A model generated the notes under the pieces. It saw only the letters and a program-made list of their open reading frames with translations, was not told the DNA's origin and ran no database searches. A stretch of 57,095 bases of DNA, filler included, from Sphacelaria rigidula (lineage: Eukaryota): the NCBI GenBank assembly GCA_964200075.2. It is 4 parts of 4 records of this genome, joined end to end, with 100 filler letters (N's around TTAATTAATTAA, not from the genome) between each part and the next. Parts side by side here need not be neighbours in the genome. Positions count along the whole stretch, not along the records: positions 42,899 to 57,095 come from CAXNAA020002391.1; 3 more parts are not named here. One strand, 5' to 3'. This document shows, one piece after another, positions 48,856-57,095 of the stretch (within the stretch, counting starts at the first letter, position 1; the number at the start of each line of letters is the position of its first letter). The position numbers and the translations under genes were made by a program.

Positions 48856-50983
48856 ACTCTCAGACCCGTTATCCATCAGCCAGCCTGTAAACGCCTGCGA
48901 TGCATTTTCTCCACTGCCGTCACGTACCCAACCACGGTAATGTGGTTGCCCGGAGTCTACAGGACCCCCAAAGCTCGCCTACTACCAACAAGTAGTCAAC
49001 CTAGAGCTTGATAAACTCAGACCTTATTGTTGCCGAAGTCTACCGTCAATTTTCACATAGAGTGGCAATCCCTACCGCAGAATACGATAACAGCCATACA
49101 AGCTTGTCCAATTTCCGAACAACTCGCAAGAGATCCAAAACGTCCATCATGAACACGCACTCACGCTACTTGCATCGCGCAGAGTCACGGAATGATAGCT
49201 GACGCCCAATTCTCAAACCCATGCCCCAAACAAGTCTCCTGACTCCAAACCGGCAAAGAAATCTGAAACGTCAACGAACTTCAAATTCTCAAGCTATTGT
49301 GACGATTCTTCTCTCGATTCGATACCGTTCAACATACAAAATCCTCTTTCGTACGTTCAATACCTGCCTGCGCAACGGGGTGCAACAGTCAAGCAATACA
49401 CCTTAAACTGGAATCAAGTGAGTATCCAACACGTCTAGAACGCAGCTGATCTCTTGCTTGTTCAACTCCGTGAAAACGTATGCATCGCACTCCTCTTTTT
49501 CGTGAAAACGTCAAAGCTTCATTGCCCTACTCAACTCATGAGTATACTGGAAAAAAAAAGCCATGGCTCAGACCGCTTTTCGAGCCATGTATACCAATCC
49601 AACGACTGCAAACGATGCTCGACTTTCGCCATCATTGATCACCTGTAGTGATATCGTTCTCAAACTCGTTTTTACCGATTACATCACAGAAAGCACCCAG
49701 ATATAATATCCCAACTTGGATTCACGACTATTATATTCCATCGCTCGATTAATCGCGATGCAAAATGCAGTTCATATTCCAACATACACACGATCCTTCC
49801 AGACGGAAATGAAATATTCCTTCAAAAGACGTTCGATAGCTAAATATCACTCATCTTCAACCGCAAGAAGCACTCGCGTTCTCCTTGCGCACATACGAGT
49901 CTACGCATTTTGTATGTACTGCTCATTTTAACGCCAACAGTAGCAATCACTATCTCCTAGAGTCAGTACCCACAAACTGCACAAAGAAACTTGAAGACCC
50001 CTCCTGGACTGCTCCGAGGGCTTCCTCCCTCACGAGGGCTTGGAGGTTCCGAGACAGTTGTTGTTCATTAACACACAGTATTCTTTATCGGAAGTGACAT
50101 GCTGCACCTCCTTGATGAACACCCATAATGTCAAGCAGTCATAGTCATACTTCAGAGAAAATCTCATGACCTCATATCGCGATACAAAATCTCATATCCA
50201 AATCTCCCAACCTGCAGCTCCTCATGCATCTGTACGTGTACTAGAGTTGGACTACTCTACAGCACCCCCAAAACTCCGCACTGCTCGAAGTAGAAAGCGA
50301 ATTTGACGAACAGTAGACACCGTCAATCACGTTCATGCTACCTTTGTCCGCCTGTTAGTGAAAAATGACCATGCAATTGCAAAACGCTGAACAACGAATT
50401 TGAACACAACGTCTCAATCGAATTCAGTAAAGTCAATATTTCAGTCAACGGCAAGTTCCAGTCGTGTCATACTCACACAAAGCGAACCCGCCAAGGATAA
50501 TACCATTATGGAGCGTAGCATTCGATCATACCATGCACTCAAAGCTTGATACCGTACTTTGCCGACGAACGTGCCGACGAACGTGCCCGCACCTTTTGAC
50601 TCAGTCTCGACTGACGCAGCTCAGCACAAATATGCGGTGCTCCTTCCAGACGAATGGGCACACTATCCACATTCTCCGTTTTTCAGATGCGAAACACCAT
50701 CCATGTGCTTAGCCAAACACATAGCAAGCCATCAAAAGACGTGCCACAGTCAAAGATCAATGTATTTGCGCATGATTTCCTTCACCTTCAACCTCTGGAA
50801 ACACTCGCGCTATACTTATTCACATGTAAGCCTGCACATTTGGCAGTTTCCGCTCATTTTGACGCCAACAGCATCAATCACCATTTCCTACAGTCAGTGT
50901 GTGTAAACCGCGCAAAGAGGGTTCCTTTTTTCTGCGCGAACAAGAATATTCGAGCTTTATTTCATTCAGCTCACAGCAGTGCG

Positions 50984-51129
50984 GAGTCATCCTACGATAG
51001 GGGGGGGGCTTACTTTGGGCCACTTCTTGCACGAAATTCCAAGTCAAATCATCGTTGGAAGAAGCAACGGTTGCTCGAGCCTTTTTTTTGGTACGATCAA
51101 ATACTGCCCCCCCTATCGTAGAATGACTC
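50984..51129. mobile_element. Short MITE with GAGTCATTCTACGATAG TIR
   Basis: gagtcatcctacgatagggggg / cccccctatcgtagaatgactc. Confidence 0.8.
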
Positions 51130-51168
51130 TGTCGTGAAAACTGCCTTAGTCTAACTCTTCATCAGACA

Positions 51169-51456
51169 TATAGGCTTGTCTGAAATCAGAACAAGGGCAC
51201 AGTGCTGCTCCAGAGGCTTCCTCCCTGTCACGGGCTCCAGAAACTTCAAGACGCAAGCAGTTACACAAACAACAGTCTTCGTTAAACCGGGAGTGACCGG
51301 CAGGCACAACCTCTTATGCAAACACAATACATCACGGAGTCTACCGATCATACTCTCAGACCTGTTACCTATTAACCAGCCTTTAAACGCCTGCTATGTA
51401 TTTTTTCCACTGCAGTCACGTACCAACCAAGGTAACAATGTCGCCCGGAGTCTGTG
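51169..51456 (-). mobile_element. Solo LTR, family B
   Basis: Aligns with 48461-48961 minus the SINE; flanked by 4-bp TSD gaca (51165-51168 / 51457-51460). Confidence 0.75.
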
Positions 51457-51839
51457 GACACCATGAACATCAGTCACACATGCAATGCTAACATGCAGCT
51501 TCTTTGCAGAAATCACATGTATCATGCGTGCCAACCAGAGCAACACAACATACAGATCTAGGAACCACACCACGACCACCTACAATCGTCCTCAAAACGA
51601 TTCAGGCATACCAGTCACAATATACTTCCTCATTTTCAACAAGTAAATACACCAGTACTTGCTCCTTGACATCACCCCACCCGGTGCTCACCACAACATC
51701 AAGCACCTCAGGTAATGCCTTCCGTGTAATTCTCCTGCGCTTCTCCTGCGAACAGCAGCACTCCCACTACAATCTTGTCCACACCGTAGAGTGGCATTTC
51801 CACTCGAACAGTCGCTCCTCGCATCATAGATGCACTCTA

Positions 51840-52401
51840 CGGTGTGAACACCGATTTTCAGGAAAGTAGCTTGGCTTTGCTGCTTGCAATCCTTCACGAA
51901 GTGACCTTTGTCTTCACATGGAAAACAGCTTGGGCCCAGAACTGGCAGTTTCACTGCCAGTGGTCGCTGTTTTCCCACCATTCAGGTGGCGCTTGGACCC
52001 GGAGGTTCGGCGGCCGCTCTTCTGTTTCAGCTGCGGCTGGTGACGGCGCTGTATATCCTCCACTTCTACCGTCTTCCATGCCTTTGCTGCTTCCCAAGCC
52101 GTATCATGCACGAGCCCAGGGTCCTCTTTCCACCCCCCTTCATGTGAAGCATGTTGAGCACTTTTGTCTTGAATTCAGGGGGAAACATGCCGGCGAGCAA
52201 TTGCCGCGTAATTATTTGAGCGGGTCCTGCTTTGAAAGTCTCATCCTCGCGGAACTCGCGCTCGATGCTCGCGTTTTCGACCAAAAACTCCTCCAGGGCA
52301 CCCCAGTGTCCCTCGATTTTACCCATGGCAGCCAACGCCTTCCGCACACCCCGCTGCAGCAACTGAAGGATCGATCTCGGTATCAATTCAATATTTTGCA
52401 T
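51840..52401 (-). pseudogene. Gag (central/C-terminal part) with CCHC zinc knuckle, frameshifted
   Basis: LEEFLVENASIEREFR..GPAQIITRQLLAGMFPPEFK aligns to A2 gag LEKYFTGNPNVELVYR..GPAAVITKALVEGLAPEKFK; knuckle CFPCEDKGHFVKDC. Confidence 0.8.
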
Positions 52402-52576
52402 GTCGGCCTAGTGCCTCTTTTAAATGTTCATCATCGAGTACCGATCCATCAAATATTGTACGTGATTAACACGCGCGAATGTGCTTGGGCACGAGTTCTG
52501 TCACGGTCAATAAAGCGGCCTGTAGACTCCGGGCAACATTGTTACCGTGGTTAGGTAGATGACTGCAGCCGAGAAA

Positions 52577-53032
52577 GACACTTTCTTCGATAGCCCTCCC
52601 CCGAAATGTGCCTGCCTTTGGGAGGCAAAATTTTCACGTGAATCGAAATGGAAAAGGCCGAGCACAACGAGGAGCTGGTATTCCCACGCATGGGTTCGTT
52701 CTCACCGATTTCGCCCATATGAGGCGCTTCAGATAGCCTGAACCCGAACATCAGGCGCTGTATGACCATTTTTTTCGTCACACTCGACATTTTCTGCGAT
52801 AGCCCCCTCCAAAAAGTGCATGGTTTTGGGAGGCAAAATCTCCGCGTATATCGAAATGGGAAAAGCCGAGCACAACGAGTAGCTGAGAATTGCCACGCTT
52901 GGGTTCGTTCTAGCCAATATCGCCAATATGAGGCGCTTCATGCGGCCTGAACTCGAACATCGGGCGCTGTATGGCCATTTTTTTCGTGACGCTTTTAGCT
53001 GGTTTTGGGGAGGGGCTATCGTAGAGAAAGTC
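52577..53032. mobile_element. Dimeric MITE of the 36393-36643 family inserted in an LTR
   Basis: Two tandem internal units under one TIR pair; 4-bp TSD gaaa. Confidence 0.8.
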
Positions 53033-53832
53033 GAAAATACATAGCAAGCACTTATAGGCTTCTTGATGGATAACATATCTGAGCGTATGATTGGTGGACT
53101 TCGTGATATATGATGTTTGCACACGAGATACGTCGGTCACTTCTGGTTGTAACGTAGACTGCTGTTTGTAAAACTGCTTGATTCTTGAGGTCTCTGGAGC
53201 CCGTGACAGGAAGGAAGCCTCTGGAGCAGCACTGTAACCTTGTTCTGATCCCAGACAGGCCTACAATTGACGTTTATTCAGGAAGCATGTCGGTTTCTAT
53301 GGGGTTTGTGAAGCCGCACCTCACAGTCTGTAAAACGGGGTACGCTCAAGTTGAGAAACAGGGGGGGAAAAAGCGGCGGAGAGAGAGGTGCTGGTCATAT
53401 AACCCGAGGCAGCTGAAGTAAAGAAGCCTATTGGACGGATGGCAGCGCGCAGGAGGATGACAGCAGCAAAGCAGAGAAGGTACTGAGGTGGTGCTAGGGT
53501 GCGCTTTGGTATCGGTTGATCCAGCTGGTTTACCCGGAGAGTCTGTCAAAAAAACGCGGCGCAATTACTACCTGAGACGGGAGACTTGCGAGAGGGCTGG
53601 CTCAAGGTTGGCCAGCCGCGTTCAAGAAGAGGAGTCTAAGGACTTCAAACACATGGAGAGACCCGCATGAGGAAGAGGCGCTGTGGCCATTGTCGTTTGG
53701 TGGCCGAGCGCGTCTTGATGTATGGAAACTTGTTTATGTGATTGAGAAACAACGCCGGTTTTTCTGGAACTACTGTTGAGCTGTTGAGGTGCTGCTTTGT
53801 GATTGTTCACGATGTACACATGCCGTGGTGGC

Positions 53833-54090
53833 TGTAGGCCTAGCCACCATTATTACCTAAGGTCAGGGACATTCTAGGTGAAGTTGCGGATCTGATTGCC
53901 GGACTCTGTGATGGGTGACCTCCATAACAAGTAGAGCCGGTTTTGCCACTCTGGTGAAGAGAGGCTATGGCCATGTTCTCCTGTACTATGCTGAGGGTTA
54001 ATACATAAATAACTAAAGCTACTGAAGTCCATGTGCCCATGATGGGAGGAGTCCACATGGCAATCTGATCTTGAGTGACAGGAGTCTATA
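53833..54090 (+). repeat. Putative 5' LTR of a third related family
   Basis: tgtagg...gtctata followed by ataaacg (cf. attgacg after the B LTR), then a leader sharing aagaagaggagtctaagga...tgaggaagaggcg with 53625-53680. No partner LTR seen. Confidence 0.45.
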
Positions 54091-54555
54091 ATAAACGTTG
54101 ATTAAGTCCGCTGACTAGCGGTAGGTCCGCTGAAAAGCAGCTCACACTTCAAGATAGGGAAGTCTGCAGGCCTGATCAGTTTGTAGCAAACAAGACAGCT
54201 CAAGGCGTGTTCACGTCGCGAGGAGTTGAACAAGTAGAGCCGAGGAGGTTCTGAGGCAGTGCTAGGGTAGGCTGTGGTATCGCTCGTGCGAGAGGTGCGG
54301 GGAGTTGACCGACAGCTGGCGATCTCGTGCACGTTCCAGAAAGCGACGAAATTACTACCTGGTGGAGCCAGCGAGAATTGCTTGTTCCACGCTTGGCGAG
54401 GTACGGTCAAGAAGAGGAGTCTAAGGATCTAAAGACGTAGTGAGAATCGCGTGAGGAAGAGGCGTGTGTGGCGTCGTTGCAAGGTGGTACAGCGCATCTC
54501 GGTATAAGGAGAGAGGTTCCTGTGCGAGGGAGGCGACTTCGTTTTTCAAAAAGGC

Positions 54556-55370
54556 GTGTGGAGTGCTGTACTACTGACCGAAATGTACGAGGTGCAGGAG
54601 TATGTCGCGGTGGACGGCCATGTTGGTCGTGCGCCGCAACAATATGTTGTCATCGATGGTCGCGCTGTCCGTGTACAATTTCTGGATATGCCCTACTACG
54701 GTCGCAAGTTCTCAAGTGAAAAATCTGTTCAGTTTCTGCGGAAGTATGAGGACTACTTTCATGAGGTGTACGCAACGAACGAGCGTCAAGTACACTGGCA
54801 TGTTGTTGAGGAGCCAGCGGTCTCCTGACCTCATACCCGCACTTGTCGAGAACTGTCTATGTGACACATTTTTGGATGGTGCGAATGATGTTGGGCAAGA
54901 GAAATTGCTCTTTGCGCTGCGCAAGCACGCATCTTATGCATCGCCGAGTGTGGTGAAAGATAGTGTGCAGGTCGGCGGCGGTGGAGACAGGCACAACAGT
55001 GCACCCGCCGAACGTGCAGTAGGTGCTGTGCGTTTGAAACAACGATACAGGGCAGCTGCTTGCCCTGTGACAGCCGAGAAACATGTGTCTGCCCGAGGGG
55101 ACAGGCACGACAGTGCACCCGCCGAACGTGCAGTAGGGATGCGCGTTTGAAACCACGATACAGGGGAGATGCTTGCACTGAGAAAGCCGAGAAACATGTG
55201 TCTGCCTGAGGGGATAGGCGCGATAGTGGACCCGCTGAACGTGCAGTCAGTGGGGCGCGTCTTAAACCACGATACAGGGCAGCTGTTGACACTATGCAGA
55301 GCGGGAAGGAGACACAGCACGTGTCTGTCAAAGCGGGTATGCATGAGGGCGCGCCGGCCGACAGTTTCAC
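54556..55370 (+). pseudogene. Gag N-terminal domain fused to ~114-bp (38-aa) tandem repeats
   Basis: LDMPYYGRKFSSEKSVQFLRKYEDY...DLIPALVENCL...LLFALRKHA resembles the A2 gag N-terminus. Repeats start at 54987, 55101 and 55214. Confidence 0.7.
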
Positions 55371-56067
55371 GGTAAGCATTGGATTGGATGCTGCTGGTAT
55401 TGTCCAGCTATAGCTTGCGCCCGTTATCGCATACTGCGGTAGGGATTGGCATTCGGTGTGAAAAATGACGGTAGACTTCGGCAACAATGATGTCTGAGTT
55501 CATCAAGCTCTACGTTGACTACTTACTGGTTGGTAGTAAGCGAGCTTTGGGGGTGCTGTAGACTCCGGGTCTGAGAGAATGATCGGTGGACACCGTGATG
55601 TATGATGTTTGTATACGAGGTGCAAGGTTACTTCTGGTTAACGAAAGACTGCTGTTTGTATGACTGCTTGAGTATTGAATTGAAGTCTCTGAAGCCCGTG
55701 ACAGGGAGGAAGCCTCTGGAGCAGCACTCTAACCTTGTTTTGATTCCAGGCAGGTTCACAACTGCAAGAGTGCCGAGGAATTCATTTTTTTTACATTTTG
55801 GCTGATGCACGGATGGGATATGACGGTCCAAGATCCAAACGAGATATAGATATATTTGGGATTTGCTCGGAAACAAGAGTTCGAAAACGAGATCACGAGG
55901 GGTGATCAAAGATGGCGGAGGTCGAGGTCCGTTCTCCGTCGTTGGATTAGTATGCATGACTTGAATAGCGGTTCGAGTCATGACTTTCCTTTGATTGTCT
56001 CAATGACATGGTGTCAAGTTGAGGCATCGAAGCTGTTACGGTGGGGAGGCATGCGCTGCATACATTT

Positions 56068-56640
56068 TTACGGTGTTGCAGAAGCAAGAGACGCCAGACG
56101 CGGACCACCGACTGCACGTTCAGCGGGTGCACTATCGTGCGTGTCCCCTCGGTCAGACACATGTTTCTCGGCTGTCACAGTGCAAGCTGCTGCCCTGTAT
56201 CGTTGTTTCAAACGCGCAGCACCTACTGCACGGTCGGCGGGTGTATTGTCGTGCCTGTCCCCTCGGGCAAACACATGTTTCTCGGCTGTCACAGTGCAAG
56301 CAGCCCCACCGGACGGCGCATGCTTGCGCAACGCGAAAAGTGACTGCTCGTTCTCAACATCATAATCATCCTTCATGAACGTGTCACACAGACATTTCGC
56401 AATATGTTTCGACATGAGCTCAGACAACGGTGCCACCTCAAAGAGGTTTGTCCACCGCGCATTCACCTGATCTACATCTCGCAATTATTGCTAGTATTCA
56501 CGTAAAAACTCGGCCGATTTCTCGCTTGAAAACTTGCGGCCGTAGTACGACATCTTCAGCGCCAGTACAGGAATCTTCGACGATGTTATATTGCTGCGCC
56601 TTATTCATTTCGGTCAGCAGTACAGCACACCACACCGCCT
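56068..56640 (-). pseudogene. Second Gag N-terminus plus 38-aa repeat fusion (inverted)
   Basis: ...APLSELMSKHIAKCLCDTF...LFALRKHA followed in frame by TVTAEKHV.ARGDRHD..PA.RAVGA.RLKQRYRAAAC repeats. Confidence 0.7.
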
Positions 56641-57095
56641 TTTGTGAAACCGAAGTCGCCTCCCACTCACAGGGACAACAACTCTCTCCTTCCACCGAGA
56701 CGCGCTGTACTGTTACGGACGAAATAATGTTGGTCATAGTTTGCCTTTAGTGGTTGTTCACATGCATGTCTCTACTGTACAAGTCGAGTACTAGAGCGAA
56801 CAACAATAGCATTTCGGTCATGCAGGCTACGAGGTTTTGCTAGCTCATGCAAATATAACTTACTTTTACTATTACATATGGTTACACATTTCACCATTCC
56901 GTTTGGCACAGTTCGATTTTACTATCATGTCAACATTCTAGCATCTGCTTGCTGCTGGAATCGAACATCTTACTGTCTCACCGTTACGCTTGAAACAATC
57001 GTAAGCTCACAGCATGTGGGTAAGTCCAACGTAGAATGACACAGGACGAACGTCACGATATGCTTGGTCACAGATCAAGGCCGATTTCTTTTCTC

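Larger units (their letters stand above)
48461..52520 (-). mobile_element. Family-B gag-bearing LTR element (TR-GAG/LARD-like): 3' LTR 48461-48961, apparently non-coding interior, gag at ~51840-52500, 5' part interrupted
   Basis: LTR tgtagactccggg...gtctata preceded on the minus strand by PPT-like gagctttgggggtcc. No pol motif recognised between gag and the LTR. Confidence 0.65.
52521..55760 (+). mobile_element. Family-B LTR element (chimeric/nested): 5' LTR 52521-53265, 3' LTR 55557-55760
   Basis: Both LTRs start tgtagactccggg and end ...aca. PPT-like gagctttgggggtgc precedes 55557. No matching TSD, and a second LTR-like unit and leader lie inside. Confidence 0.7.

Overview
Eukaryotic, intron-rich and repeat-rich DNA, most likely from a brown alga or other stramenopile (inferred from gene structure and repeat types). 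It is a scaffold with three 100-bp N gaps carrying an artificial TTAATTAATTAA spacer. Three spliced host genes can be partly reconstructed: a PPTC7-like PP2C phosphatase (+, 18315-21237), an ankyrin-repeat protein (-, 22051-26786) and a WD40-repeat protein (+, 28719-32097, with a probable GC-AG intron). The rest is mostly nested mobile DNA. The most notable feature is a pair of independently inserted Ty3/Gypsy chromovirus-like LTR elements (8368-13204 and 37407-42212). Between them they retain Gag, protease, RNase H, integrase and chromodomain, but both lack the reverse-transcriptase core at the same breakpoint, and the deletion is in frame in copy A1. Their LTR pairs differ in divergence, which suggests a persistent RT-less lineage mobilised in trans. 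Also present are a nest of related gag-only LTR elements (47.4-56.7 kb) with a Gag N-terminus fused to 38-aa tandem repeats, a composite MULE-like element carrying cargo, tRNA-derived SINEs, solo LTRs and several MITE/foldback families. No canonical tRNA primer-binding site is visible next to any 5' LTR. All alignments and counts were done by eye.
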